From Anaerolineae bacterium (GTDB taxonomy: Bacteria; Chloroflexota; Anaerolineae; Aggregatilineales; Phototrophicaceae), in assembly GCA_034431675.1 (NCBI GenBank), contig DAOUCZ010000171.1, forward strand, positions 7,400-71,399: 64,000 bases of DNA, in the 5' to 3' direction. How positions within the stretch are numbered: position 1 is the stretch's first letter; the number at the start of each line of letters is the position of its first letter. The notes below the pieces were generated by a model that was not told the DNA's origin, did no database searches, and saw nothing but the letters and a program-made list of their open reading frames with translations. The position numbers and the translations under genes are program-made. Below, piece by piece: positions 1-9,268 of the stretch.

Positions 1-223
1 GTACTCCAACGCAGCGGGGGTGATCCCGATTGTGAGCGCGATGTTGGATAAAGGTGCTGCACTGGGCACGGTTTTGGCATTTATGATGTCTGTGGTGGCG
101 CTGAGCCTGCCAGAGCTGATCATCCTGCGTCGTGTCCTAAAGCCGCGGTTAATCGCGATTTTTGTGGCTGTGGTGGGTATCAGCATTACCCTCACTGGTT
201 ACTTGTTCAATCAGGTGGTTTAA
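1..223 (+). CDS. 3' end of a predicted permease gene (UPF0718/YraQ-like membrane protein); 5' part lies outside the window
   Basis: Frame 2 is open from nt 2. The tail YSNAAGVIPIVSAMLDKGAALGTVLAFMMSVVALSLPELIILRRVLKP... forms two hydrophobic helices. Stop TAA at 221-223. The family assignment is from memory only. Confidence 0.5.
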   Translation, partial: YSNAAGVIPIVSAMLDKGAALGTVLAFMMSVVALSLPELIILRRVLKPRLIAIFVAVVGISITLTGYLFNQVV

Positions 224-371
224 ACCCCTGCTTGGTGGCCGACAAACACAGCGCGGTTTGACCGTCCAACACACCAATTTATCCTGCCTACTCCATCCGC
301 GGTCAAGGTGTGTACGTGGGTGGTGGATGGACTGGATAACAATGTTTAACTTTCTGTAAGTCTGTTTTTGC

Positions 372-413
372 AAAACGTTGCTGTAGGTTTAACCACAGCG
401 ACGTTTTATTTTC
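372..413 (+). terminator. Rho-independent-terminator-like hairpin, usable on either strand
   Basis: AAAACGTTGCTGT (372-384), loop 385-394, ACAGCGACGTTTT (395-407). This is a 13-bp stem with one G-U pair, followed by ATTTTC. It lies about 150 nt after the permease stop. Confidence 0.5.
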
Positions 414-547
414 AATACAGTACATTCGTCATTCCCAACATGTTATCTATGTCAGCCGGCACTTGGCCTGTCCTTAGCTAAACTCTGCTTATGGTTCGTG
501 ATTTTTGTTGCAAGGTTTGTTTTTCACTAAGAAAGAGGGGATGGACT

Positions 548-1480
548 ATGACAGAACCAAAACGCCCTCAGCCATCTGGTGCTGATCTTAACCGGCGAAA
601 TTTTTTGCTCAGCCTAGCCGGTATGGGCGGTGCCGCGGTGGCCCTGCAAGCGCTTGATCAGCTGTCTGTGGATGCTGAGCAGGCGGTAACCCAATATGAG
701 GCACAAATTCAAGCGCTGGTTTATGCCGAAGGCACGAATCTGGAAACCCTAGATGTGCTGGAACGTATGCGTGTGGAACTGCGCCGCGCTCTGGAAAAGA
801 CCCCCGCAGAACGGCGCTGGGTGATGGTGATTGATTTGCGCAAATGCGTGGGCTGCCATGCGTGCACGGTGGCCTGCATTGCAGAAAACAAGCTGCCTCC
901 CGGTGTGGTCTACCGTCCGGTCATCGAAGAAGAGATCGGGACATATCCGAATGTGGCCCGCCGCTTTGTCCCACGCCCGTGTATGCAGTGTGATAACCCG
1001 CCTTGCGTGCCGGTCTGCCCAGTTGGTGCCACCTATACCAACGAAGAGGGGATTGTGGAGATGAATTATGAGCGCTGCATCGGCTGCCGGTATTGCATCA
1101 CGGCCTGTCCGTATTCGGCGCGCACGGCCGACTTTGGCTTGACTTACACGCAAGGCAATGCGAACGGTGATGGGCTGATTATGGGCAGTGATATTGCCGA
1201 TAATTATGAGCGCGCACCCAATTTTGAATATGGCAAAACATATGCCCGTGAAGAGGGGCGTAAATCTCCGGTGGGCAACGCTCGTAAATGTCATTTCTGC
1301 CAGCATCGCATCAAAGAGGGACAGCTGCCGGCATGTGTCACAACGTGCATTGGTCGGGCAACGTTGTTTGGGGATGCCAATGACCCTGACAGCTTGGTGG
1401 CGGAACTCATCGCTAGTCCAAACGTCATGCGCCTGCGTGAAGAACTCGGCACTGAGCCGCGTGTCTATTATCTGACCTAA
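548..1480 (+). CDS. Tat-signal 4Fe-4S ferredoxin-type electron-transfer subunit of a Mo/W-bisPGD oxidoreductase (TtrB/PsrB/NrfC-like)
   Basis: ATG 548 is preceded by AGAGGGG. Twin-arginine motif [11 protein letters not shown]. Four Cys groups: [37 protein letters not shown] and CHFCQHRI...ACVTTC. The ORF-track start at 491 adds only a Cys-rich, non-native-looking leader. Confidence 0.9.
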   Translation: MTEPKRPQPSGADLNRRNFLLSLAGMGGAAVALQALDQLSVDAEQAVTQYEAQIQALVYAEGTNLETLDVLERMRVELRRALEKTPAERRWVMVIDLRKCVGCHACTVACIAENKLPPGVVYRPVIEEEIGTYPNVARRFVPRPCMQCDNPPCVPVCPVGATYTNEEGIVEMNYERCIGCRYCITACPYSARTADFGLTYTQGNANGDGLIMGSDIADNYERAPNFEYGKTYAREEGRKSPVGNARKCHFCQHRIKEGQLPACVTTCIGRATLFGDANDPDSLVAELIASPNVMRLREELGTEPRVYYLT

Positions 1481-1490
1481 GGAGGCCATC

Positions 1491-2714
1491 ATGGCACAGG
1501 CAGTTCAACCTCAAGAAAGCGCCACCCCCCCGGCCGAAACGCGGGGTCGTTTTGAGTGGCGCTGGACGGACATTTTCTGGGTTTTAGGCGCTGTTCTGCT
1601 GATTGCTGGCATCCCCGCCATGTGGCAGCGCTTGACTGAAGGGCTTGCACCGACCAATCTCACCAGCTATGTCCCTTGGGGGGTGTGGGTCGGTTTCTAT
1701 GATTATCTGGTCTGGATGGAAGTGGGCAGTCTGCTTATCTTCACCAGCCTGATTTACGTCTTTGGAGATACACTGCTGTCGAAGGTCAAGCCGATTGTCC
1801 TATTCACCGGCTTTACTGTTGTCACCATGGGACTGCTCATCGTTCTGCTGGATTTGGGGCATGAAGAGCGCTTTTGGCACGTGCTTCTCTATCCTGATTT
1901 TGGGTCGATGATTGCTTGGATGGTGTGGTTGCACTCGGCCTATCTGCTTATCCTGACACTGGAATTGGGGTTGCTGTTCTGGGGTGGGGCAAAGTGGGGG
2001 CGGTTTTTGAAGCCGCTGGCTTATATCAGCCTTCCGGTTGGCTTGGCGCTGATTATTGTCAGTGGTTCGATTTTTGGTGTGGTGGCGGCGCGTCCACTGT
2101 GGAATACCGCCAGTCTGCCCCTGATGTTCTTGCTGTCTGCCTTGGCTGCTGGCAGCGGTCTGCTGCTCTTGCTGGTGGTGGTGTTTTGGCAGAACAAAGA
2201 CAGTGAAGAGTATATCACCCTGGTGAAACGGTTGTCTTCGATCACACGACTGCTGCTGTTGGTTGGTGTGTTCGCTGCTGGGGTGATCGCCTTCACCATG
2301 CTATACAAAGGCGGCGGCAACCCGACTCGTGCCGAGGCGATCCAGCTCATCCTGAGCGGCCCGTATTGGTGGAGCTTTTGGATTGTGCATATCCTGCTGG
2401 GGGTGTTGATCCCGCTGGTGCTGCTGTTTGCTGCACCCGGTAAACCCGTGATGGCCGGTACTGCGGCTTTCCTCAGCAGCATCACGTTTGTCGCGGTCAC
2501 GCTCAATATCGTCATCCCAACCTTGGTTACCGAAGAACTTAAAGGGTTGGCCACAGCGTTTGTTGACCCCAAACTCGATCTCAATTATGCGCCAAACCTG
2601 ATGGAATGGATGGTGTTGGCGTTCGTCTTTGGCATCGGCAGCACTATTTTTGGACTGGGCTTGCGCTTCTTGCCGCTTCAGTCCCATCACGTGGAGGAGA
2701 GCAGCCATGAATGA
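1491..2714 (+). CDS. NrfD/PsrC-type polytopic membrane anchor subunit
   Basis: AGGAGG lies just upstream of ATG 1491, 10 nt after the previous stop. Many hydrophobic helices run through the 407 aa. It sits between the FeS and catalytic subunits. Its stop overlaps the next start (CATGAATGA). Confidence 0.85.
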   Translation: MAQAVQPQESATPPAETRGRFEWRWTDIFWVLGAVLLIAGIPAMWQRLTEGLAPTNLTSYVPWGVWVGFYDYLVWMEVGSLLIFTSLIYVFGDTLLSKVKPIVLFTGFTVVTMGLLIVLLDLGHEERFWHVLLYPDFGSMIAWMVWLHSAYLLILTLELGLLFWGGAKWGRFLKPLAYISLPVGLALIIVSGSIFGVVAARPLWNTASLPLMFLLSALAAGSGLLLLLVVVFWQNKDSEEYITLVKRLSSITRLLLLVGVFAAGVIAFTMLYKGGGNPTRAEAIQLILSGPYWWSFWIVHILLGVLIPLVLLFAAPGKPVMAGTAAFLSSITFVAVTLNIVIPTLVTEELKGLATAFVDPKLDLNYAPNLMEWMVLAFVFGIGSTIFGLGLRFLPLQSHHVEESSHE

Positions 2715-5700
2715 ACAGCAAATGACCAATCACTATCGTGCCCCGGCCGAATCGGTTGAAGAGGCAGCGCAGGTTGAACAGCCCGTGCAGTCCAGCCTAT
2801 CTCGGCGCACGTTTTTGAAAGTCGGTGCGGCAGCGGGCAGCACAGCCGCCTTTTTGGGGTCGATGTTCGGCTTCAAACAGCTGATGGCAGCACAAGCACA
2901 GGCGGCAGAAGGGGGTGTATCCTATCCGCTGCTTGACCCGACCAATCAAATCTATACGGTTTGTTTGCAGTGCAATACCGGTTGTGGCATCAAGGTCAAG
3001 CTGCTGGATGGCGTGGCGGTGAAAATCGACGGCAATCCCTACAGTCCGATGACGATGAATCCCCATGTTGATTACGATAACCCCGTTGCGCAGATGGGGA
3101 CAGTGGAAGGGGGATTATGCCCAAAGGGCCAGTCTGGCCTGCAATCTGTCTATGACCCGTATCGACTGGTGAGTGTTGTGAAGCGCAAGCCCGGCACACC
3201 TCGCGGCGGCGGTGAGTGGGAAACCATATCGTTTGAACAGGCCATCGAAGAAATCGTGGAAGGCGGGGATTTGTTTGGTGAAGGTCACGTCCCCGGCCTG
3301 CGTGAGTCTTATGCTTTGACTGACCCGACTGTGGCTAAGGCCATGGCAGACGCGGTAAAAGCGATCCAAAGCGAGAAAGACCCGTTGGCCAAACGGGCAA
3401 AAGTGGCGCAGTTTCAAGAAACCTTTGCCGAGCATCTGCACACGCTGATTGACCCCGAACATCCCGACTTTGGGCCAAAGAACAATCAAGTCGTCTTTAG
3501 CTGGGGACGTCTAAAAGCGGGGCGCAGCGAGTTTTATCGTCGTTGGATTGGGCAAGGTTTTGGCTCGGTCAACGCGCACGGGCACACCACTGTCTGCCAA
3601 GGCAGCCTCTACTTTACCGGCATGGGAATGTCACATCAGTATGTTGATGGCAAATGGTCGGGTGGCAGCAAGTCTTATTGGCAGGCAGACTTGGGCAACA
3701 CAGAATTTGCCATCATCGTTGGGTCATCCATCTTTGAGGGGGGCTATGGCCCACCACTGCGCACGCCCGGGCTGACCGAGAACACGGTGGAGAACGGCGC
3801 GAAGTTTGTGGTGGTTGACCCGCGCTTCTCCAAGACTGCTGCAAAGGCTTGGAAGTGGCTGCCGGCCCTTCCCGGCTCTGAGGGCGCGATGGCGCTGGGC
3901 TTAATCCGGTGGATTATCGAGAATGAGCGCTATGACCGGCGTTATCTGTCCGCCACCAACAAGGCTGCTGCTGCTAAAATCGGTGAGCCGACGTGGACAG
4001 AGGCGGCTTGGCTGGTCAAGCTGGATGCTGACGGTAAGCCGGGTAAGTTCTTGCGCGCCAGTGAGATCGGCCTGCGCGAGCCAGAAGAACGCCCGCTATC
4101 AACCGATGCCGAAAAGACCTTCATGTTCGATTACTTCGTCGCGCTGGTGGATGGTCAGCCGGTTGCTGTTGACCCCAACGCCGAAGGGGCGGAAAACGCC
4201 GTGTTGGGTGACCTACTGGTGGATACCGAAATCGAGGGCATTCGGGTGAAGTCTGGTTTGCAGATTATCGCTGACTCTGCGAACGAGAAAACGCTGGAAG
4301 AGTGGGCAGAAATCTGTGGGGTGAGCGCTCGCGACCTCGAAACGGTGGCCCGTGAGTTTACCAGCCATGGCAAACGGGCGGTTGCAGACATCCATCGTGG
4401 GGTCAGCCAACACACCAATGGCTTTTATAACGTCTATGCGTGGTACACGCTCAATGCGCTGATTGGCAATTTCGACTGGGCGGGTGGATTGGTGTGGCCA
4501 TCCACTTACAGCATGACCAGTGGTTACGCCAATATCGGTGATGCCGACCTGAAGCAGTTCCCATTCGGTACTACCATCATTCGCACAGAGGCGTATGAGA
4601 ACAGCACCCTCTTCCTGCGCGATGGCTACCCCGCTCGGCGCAATTGGTATCCGCTGGCGACAGATATTTATCAGGAAATCGCGCCTTCCATTGGGGATGC
4701 TTACCCTTATCCGGTTAAGGCGTTGTTTCTGTACATGGGGTCGCCGGTCTATGCACTTCCGGCTGGTCACACCAACATCGACATTCTGCGCGACCCGCAG
4801 AAGCTGCCTTTGTTTGTCGCCAGTGACGCCTTTATCGGCGAAACGTCTATGTACGCCGATTATATCTTCCCCGACACGATGTATCTGGAACGCTGGGAGT
4901 TCCACGGAACGCACCCCAACGTGCCATTCCGCATTCAGCCGCTGCGCAATCCGGCGATTGACCCGCTGGTGCCGGATGTCACAGTGTTTGGCCAATCGAT
5001 GCCGCTGTCGCTGGAAGCGATGCTGTTGGGGTTGGCAGAACGTTTGGAGCTGCCCGGCTTTGGCCAAAATGGTTTTGGCGAAGGCAAGCCCTTCACCCAC
5101 CAAGACGATCTGTACATTCGCATGGTCGCCAACCTGTCGATTGACCGTGAGCCTGTGCCGGATGCAGATGAAGAAGAAATTCGTATCTTCACCGAGTCAC
5201 GCCGGCATCTTCGCAAAAGCGTGTTTGATGCTGAGCGCTGGCAGGCCATCGCTGGTGAATTGTGGCCCAAGGTGGTCTATGTGCTGAATCGCGGCGGCCG
5301 CTTCCAGAACCACAGCGGGGGCTATCGGGAAACCGCCAACGGCGTTCAGTTGGGCAATCGCTATGGCAAACTGATCAATATCTATCAGGAAAAGACCTAT
5401 GAGACCCGCAGCTCGATGAACGGGGAGCGGTTGGCCGGGTATGCCCGTTATGTCCCAGCGGGGATGAGCTTGCTGAATGAAAACGTGCTGGATGGTGATG
5501 CGGCAGAGGGGTTTGATTTGCGCCTGATCACCTATCGTGAAATCGCGCAGACCAAGAGCCGTACGTCCTCCAATTACTGGCTGTTGGGCATTCTGCCAGA
5601 GAACTTTGTGCTAATGAACGCCCGTGATGCGGCAGAACGTCAGTTAAAGGAAGGCGATCTGGTGCGCATCATCTCCAAGAGCAATCCCGCAGGGGAATGG

Positions 5701-5988
5701 GATTTGGGCAATGGCCATATTGTGCCCATGGTCGGTAAGGTTAAGGCTGTTCAGGGCATTCGTCCGGGCGTGATTGCGGTCAGCCTTGGCTTTGGCCATT
5801 GGGCCTATGGAAGTGTGCCGTTCACCATCAATGGGACGACCATCCCAGCGGATGAGCGGCGCGGGCGCGGTCTGCACATCAACGCGGCGCTGCGGACAGA
5901 CCCGCATACACCGAACACGACACTGGTTGATCCTGTAGGTGGGAGCGCCGTGTTCTACGATACGATGGTCAGGGTCGAGAAAGTTTAA
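2707..5988 (+). CDS. Tat-exported molybdopterin (bis-PGD) oxidoreductase catalytic subunit, TtrA/PsrA/SrdA-like; substrate unknown
   Basis: ATG 2707 overlaps the upstream stop. Twin-arginine signal [15 protein letters not shown]-terminal FeS motif [12 protein letters not shown]...GGLCPKG. About 1093 aa. The ORF-track start at 2629 would overlap the NrfD-type gene by 86 nt. Confidence 0.9.
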   Translation: MNEQQMTNHYRAPAESVEEAAQVEQPVQSSLSRRTFLKVGAAAGSTAAFLGSMFGFKQLMAAQAQAAEGGVSYPLLDPTNQIYTVCLQCNTGCGIKVKLLDGVAVKIDGNPYSPMTMNPHVDYDNPVAQMGTVEGGLCPKGQSGLQSVYDPYRLVSVVKRKPGTPRGGGEWETISFEQAIEEIVEGGDLFGEGHVPGLRESYALTDPTVAKAMADAVKAIQSEKDPLAKRAKVAQFQETFAEHLHTLIDPEHPDFGPKNNQVVFSWGRLKAGRSEFYRRWIGQGFGSVNAHGHTTVCQGSLYFTGMGMSHQYVDGKWSGGSKSYWQADLGNTEFAIIVGSSIFEGGYGPPLRTPGLTENTVENGAKFVVVDPRFSKTAAKAWKWLPALPGSEGAMALGLIRWIIENERYDRRYLSATNKAAAAKIGEPTWTEAAWLVKLDADGKPGKFLRASEIGLREPEERPLSTDAEKTFMFDYFVALVDGQPVAVDPNAEGAENAVLGDLLVDTEIEGIRVKSGLQIIADSANEKTLEEWAEICGVSARDLETVAREFTSHGKRAVADIHRGVSQHTNGFYNVYAWYTLNALIGNFDWAGGLVWPSTYSMTSGYANIGDADLKQFPFGTTIIRTEAYENSTLFLRDGYPARRNWYPLATDIYQEIAPSIGDAYPYPVKALFLYMGSPVYALPAGHTNIDILRDPQKLPLFVASDAFIGETSMYADYIFPDTMYLERWEFHGTHPNVPFRIQPLRNPAIDPLVPDVTVFGQSMPLSLEAMLLGLAERLELPGFGQNGFGEGKPFTHQDDLYIRMVANLSIDREPVPDADEEEIRIFTESRRHLRKSVFDAERWQAIAGELWPKVVYVLNRGGRFQNHSGGYRETANGVQLGNRYGKLINIYQEKTYETRSSMNGERLAGYARYVPAGMSLLNENVLDGDAAEGFDLRLITYREIAQTKSRTSSNYWLLGILPENFVLMNARDAAERQLKEGDLVRIISKSNPAGEWDLGNGHIVPMVGKVKAVQGIRPGVIAVSLGFGHWAYGSVPFTINGTTIPADERRGRGLHINAALRTDPHTPNTTLVDPVGGSAVFYDTMVRVEKV

Positions 5989-6003
5989 GCACGACATGTC
6001 GAA

Positions 6004-6034
6004 GGAGGCGCAGGCGGTTTAGCCCTGTGCCTCC
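6004..6034 (+). terminator. Intercistronic stem-loop after the catalytic subunit gene; no U-tract, so possibly a stabiliser or weak terminator
   Basis: GGAGGCGCAGG (6004-6014), loop 6015-6023, CCTGTGCCTCC (6024-6034). The 11-bp stem contains one G-U pair. Confidence 0.3.
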
Positions 6035-6054
6035 GTAACTTTAGGGCTGTGATC

Positions 6055-6666
6055 ATGAGTCATTCGACAAAGAATCCTCAACGGAATGTCCCATTGGGGC
6101 TGGGGGAACTGCTGACCCAGACCGCTGCGCTGCACAATCATCTGTGTCCTCGTCAGGTATTGGGTGTGCGGATGGGACTGCTGGCGGGCCAACTGTTGGG
6201 GATGAATTTGCCACAGATGGATAAGCGGTTGTACACCTTTGTGGAAACCGATGGCTGCTTTGCCGATGGGGTGAGCGTGGCGGTAAACTGCTGGTTGGGG
6301 CGGCGCACTCTGCGCCTGATGGATTATGGTAGAGTGGCGGCGACATTTGTCGATACAGAGACGGACCGTGCCATTCGTATTGTGCCCAACCCTCAAGCGC
6401 GCCATCTGGCGGCAGAATATGCCCCCAATGAGCGCAGCCGCTGGCACGCGATGCTGAAAGCCTATCAGATGATGCCGGCTGACGCACTGCTGTGTTGGCG
6501 AGAAGTCCGTTTGACGGTTGATATGCAGGCGCTCATTAGCCGCCCGGGGGTGCGCGTCAACTGTGCTGTGTGCGGCGAAGAAATCCTCAACGAGCGAGGG
6601 ATTGAAGTGGCAGGGGAGGTGAGGTGCAAAGCCTGTCACGAGGGGGCGTATTATACGCCGGTTTAA
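6055..6666 (+). CDS. FmdE/FwdE-domain protein with C-terminal Cys4 zinc ribbon
   Basis: The motifs HNHLCPRQVLGVRMG and FVETDGCFADGVSV match the FmdE family as I recall it. C-terminal CAVCGEE...RCKAC. GTG 6049 is an alternative start. Confidence 0.8.
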   Translation: MSHSTKNPQRNVPLGLGELLTQTAALHNHLCPRQVLGVRMGLLAGQLLGMNLPQMDKRLYTFVETDGCFADGVSVAVNCWLGRRTLRLMDYGRVAATFVDTETDRAIRIVPNPQARHLAAEYAPNERSRWHAMLKAYQMMPADALLCWREVRLTVDMQALISRPGVRVNCAVCGEEILNERGIEVAGEVRCKACHEGAYYTPV

Positions 6667-6809
6667 TCCCTGCAGGGTTCGGGCATTGCTGGACATCCTT
6701 CCACTGCATCCCCGCGTTGGGTCGGCGGTCAGGAACGCGGCGAGGGCGTCTGTATGTGCGGCCACTCTTCGTGATGATGTTGACCTCACACCCCAGCGCG
6801 CCCGAAGGG

Positions 6810-6847
6810 AAAACAAAACACTGGACGAGAGTATTTCTCGGCCAGTG
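6810..6847 (-). terminator. Rho-independent terminator downstream of tRNA-Gln
   Basis: On the minus strand: CACTGG-C-CGAGA, loop AATAC, TCTCG-T-CCAGTG, then TTTTGTTTT. A second small hairpin, GGAGATGTT/AACATCCCC, sits between the tRNA and this stem. Confidence 0.65.
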
Positions 6848-6881
6848 CTGCGGGGGGATGTTAGAAACATCTCCAAAATTG

Positions 6882-6953
6882 CTGGGGAGGCTGGATTCGA
6901 ACCAACGAATGGCGGATCCAAAGTCCGCTGCCTTACCACTTGGCGACTCCCCA
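6882..6953 (-). tRNA. tRNA-Gln (anticodon UUG); 3' CCA not encoded
   Basis: The reverse complement reads TGGGGAGTCGCCAAGTGGTAAGGCAGCGGACTTTGGATCCGCCATTCGTTGGTTCGAATCCAGCCTCCCCAG. Acceptor stem TGGGGAG/CTCCCCA, anticodon loop CTTTGGA, T-arm GGTTCGAATCC. It closely resembles the E. coli tRNA-Gln layout. Confidence 0.93.
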
Positions 6954-6995
6954 ATGTGCAGTTGATTATAGCACAACCTGCTGCGGGGTCAACGC

Positions 6996-7925
6996 CTAAC
7001 GATACGGATCGGGATCATCACCGGGGAAGGGGGCTTGCGAGTCGTTGGAGGCAAACGGGTTATAGTTGTTCATCAACATGCCTGTGCCGCGGCCCGTGCG
7101 CCCACGGATGACCATACGTGGGGCGTCACCGGCGCTTTCGGGGGCTTCGGCCATGATGACCACCACGCTGATGTTGTCACGCCCACCGCGTGCGTTGGCC
7201 AGCTCAATCAGCTGCCGAGAGACCATGTCTGGCGCAGTGCCAGAGAGGGCCAGCTGGGCGATTTCGTGCGGTTGAACATGCAGCGTCAGCCCGTCGGAGC
7301 ACAGCACAAGGCGGTCACCGACCTCGAGGTGCGCCTCATAAATATCGACATCAAGGTCTAGGCCCTGCCCCAGCGCGCGGTACAGCACATGCTTCATGGG
7401 GTGGTCATCGGCTTCGGCGCGGGTGATATGACCGGCGGCAATCATGGCCTCGACAAAGCTGTGATCAACCGTGATTTGCGCCATTTCGCCGCTGACGGCG
7501 TGGATGTGGTAGGCGCGGCTGTCGCCCACATGGCCGATGATGACCCGTTTGCCCTGCACCAGCGCCGAGGTGACGGTTGTGCCCATCCCGCGCAGTTGCG
7601 GATTGGCCTCTGACAGTCGGACGATTTCTCGGTTGGCCTCGCCAATCACCTCACGCATTCGCCAGTACCACGCATCGGTCTGCTCATCTTTGGATGCGCT
7701 GTTCCAGTCAAGGTTTTGGGGCTGTATCGACTGATAAATCATCTGGACGGCGACGCGGCTGGCCTCTTCACCGGCGATGTGGCCGCCCATGCCGTCTGCG
7801 ACAACTGCCAGCGCGATGTGTTCGCGCGCCCACAGCAGCACCGAGTCCTCGTTGACCTCGCGGATCTGGCCGGTGCTGGACTGAGCATCGCAGCTTAGTA
7901 TGACATCCCACTGCGGATTGGACAT
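6996..7925 (-). CDS. PP2C-family Ser/Thr protein phosphatase
   Basis: Motifs REVNEDS, ADGMGGH, VGDSRAY, LCSDGL and GGRDNISVVV. Confidence 0.92.
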   Translation of the reverse strand: MSNPQWDVILSCDAQSSTGQIREVNEDSVLLWAREHIALAVVADGMGGHIAGEEASRVAVQMIYQSIQPQNLDWNSASKDEQTDAWYWRMREVIGEANREIVRLSEANPQLRGMGTTVTSALVQGKRVIIGHVGDSRAYHIHAVSGEMAQITVDHSFVEAMIAAGHITRAEADDHPMKHVLYRALGQGLDLDVDIYEAHLEVGDRLVLCSDGLTLHVQPHEIAQLALSGTAPDMVSRQLIELANARGGRDNISVVVIMAEAPESAGDAPRMVIRGRTGRGTGMLMNNYNPFASNDSQAPFPGDDPDPYR

Positions 7926-8124
7926 ATCATGACCTTTGATAGCATTATGGAGTCTATTGTAACTCAGTTCATGACATCGGCAACGTTTACGGCTTTGTAA
8001 TATATGCCTGCAAGCCGAAAGCGCCCTATCGAGTCTATCACAAACGTGTTACTCTCATCCGCCGATACATAGGGAGTTACCCCGCTGCCCCCGACGGGGT
8101 TTTGCATGGGCTGATGTTAAGATT

Positions 8125-9249
8125 ATGACGACTCTGCTTCAAGATGTCTACCGCCTTGCGGACTTTGTGGATACCTTTGCGCTGGGGCATTATGCCCGCG
8201 TGCTGTCTGCCACCGACCGGCGCACCGGCAAGACGGTGGCCTTTAAGGTGCTGCGGCCAGAGCATTTGTCGCCCGATGGCGAGATGCGCTGGGAATACCG
8301 CGCCTTTCACAGCGAGGCCGACCTGCTCGGGCGGCTGGCGGCCAGCCCGGCGGTGGTCAAGCTGATGGACTGCGGTTATGTCGAGGCCGGTGACGAAGCG
8401 CCGCGCAGCGGGCAGCTGGTGTCGTTTGGGCCGCAGCCCAAGCCGTTTGCGCTGGCCGCTGCCGAATATGCCCACAAGGGATGGCGTCCGTATCTGGCGC
8501 TCGAAGACCTGCCGCGCGCCAACAATCTGCTGTATCTGATGAAGCCCAGTCAGCCCGACACCCGCTGGCGTCTGCCCACCGAAGAGGGTCTTGCGCTGGC
8601 CACGCAATTTGCCCAGTTTTTGCAGATGGCCCACGCCCAAAAAATTGTGTATCTCGATCACAAGCTGGAGCATGTGTATTGGGATGGCGCGCGCCTTCAG
8701 GTGATTGACCTGAACAGCTCGCGCTTGCTGACCGGCCAACCTGAGGATGCGGCCCATTACCGCGCCGACCTGCGCAGTTTGTGTGTTGGCATCTTGTACC
8801 CGGTGTTTACCGGTATTTCGGCCATCAACGGCGGGCTGCGCGCTCAGCCCAGCAGCATGTCCGAGGTGGAGGCGCGCTATCAATCGGTCAGCGACCTCGA
8901 TTTTGGGGTTGAGCCGACGCTGAGCAAGGCGCTGCAAGCCCTGCTGCAAAAGGGCGCAGCCCAGCAGTTTGACACCGCTGCCAGCTTTGCAGCCGAGCTG
9001 CAACAGGTGGCAGCCCTGCACGGTTGGGATGTCCCCAACGCCGAAAACACGCCGGCCCGCCGTCAGGCGCGTGACCAGATGCGCGCGGCCCTGCGCAAAA
9101 TCCGGCAGGGGCAGGAGGCGCTGCGCGAGGCGCGCGACCTGCTGCGTGATGCGGCTATCCTTGACGACATCTCGCCTGATTTAGAGGATGAGCTGCGCCG
9201 CCTTGTCAAAGCTACCAACCAGATGCTGAACAACCGCGTCATCCCTTGA
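8125..9249 (+). CDS. Protein-kinase-like protein with degenerate catalytic motifs (atypical Ser/Thr kinase or pseudokinase)
   Basis: VAFKVL (VAIK-like lysine). YLDHKLEH replaces HRDLKxxN and VIDLNS replaces DFG. The C-terminal part is coiled-coil-like. Divergent from the PP2C gene. Confidence 0.75.
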   Translation: MTTLLQDVYRLADFVDTFALGHYARVLSATDRRTGKTVAFKVLRPEHLSPDGEMRWEYRAFHSEADLLGRLAASPAVVKLMDCGYVEAGDEAPRSGQLVSFGPQPKPFALAAAEYAHKGWRPYLALEDLPRANNLLYLMKPSQPDTRWRLPTEEGLALATQFAQFLQMAHAQKIVYLDHKLEHVYWDGARLQVIDLNSSRLLTGQPEDAAHYRADLRSLCVGILYPVFTGISAINGGLRAQPSSMSEVEARYQSVSDLDFGVEPTLSKALQALLQKGAAQQFDTAASFAAELQQVAALHGWDVPNAENTPARRQARDQMRAALRKIRQGQEALREARDLLRDAAILDDISPDLEDELRRLVKATNQMLNNRVIP

Positions 9250-9268
9250 CCGCTGTGAGGCGTTTGCC

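Noticed and set aside
224-547. Moco riboswitch or other leader RNA upstream of the molybdoenzyme operon
   Set aside because: I could not find the conserved Moco-motif elements. The region contains only a terminator-like hairpin (372-413) and an AT-richer stretch. A covariance-model scan would be needed to exclude it fully.
548-5988. Alternative complex III (act) or a polysulfide reductase psrABC operon
   Set aside because: ACIII has a fused Mo-less/FeS ActB subunit and multiheme cytochrome genes, none of which are present. The psr and phs operons run A-B-C, whereas the order here is B-C-A with Tat signals on both soluble subunits.
6019-6954. 311-aa minus-strand ORF antisense to the FmdE-like gene, running into the tRNA-Gln
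   Set aside because: It overlaps a gene with clear family motifs and also the tRNA. Its Arg/Pro/Ala/Gly-rich composition is typical of spurious antisense frames in GC-rich DNA, and it has no recognisable domain.
6667-6995. tRNA-Gln as an integration site for a genomic island
   Set aside because: There is no integrase and no direct repeat of the tRNA 3' end nearby. The flanking genes (the FmdE-like gene and PP2C) look like ordinary chromosomal genes.
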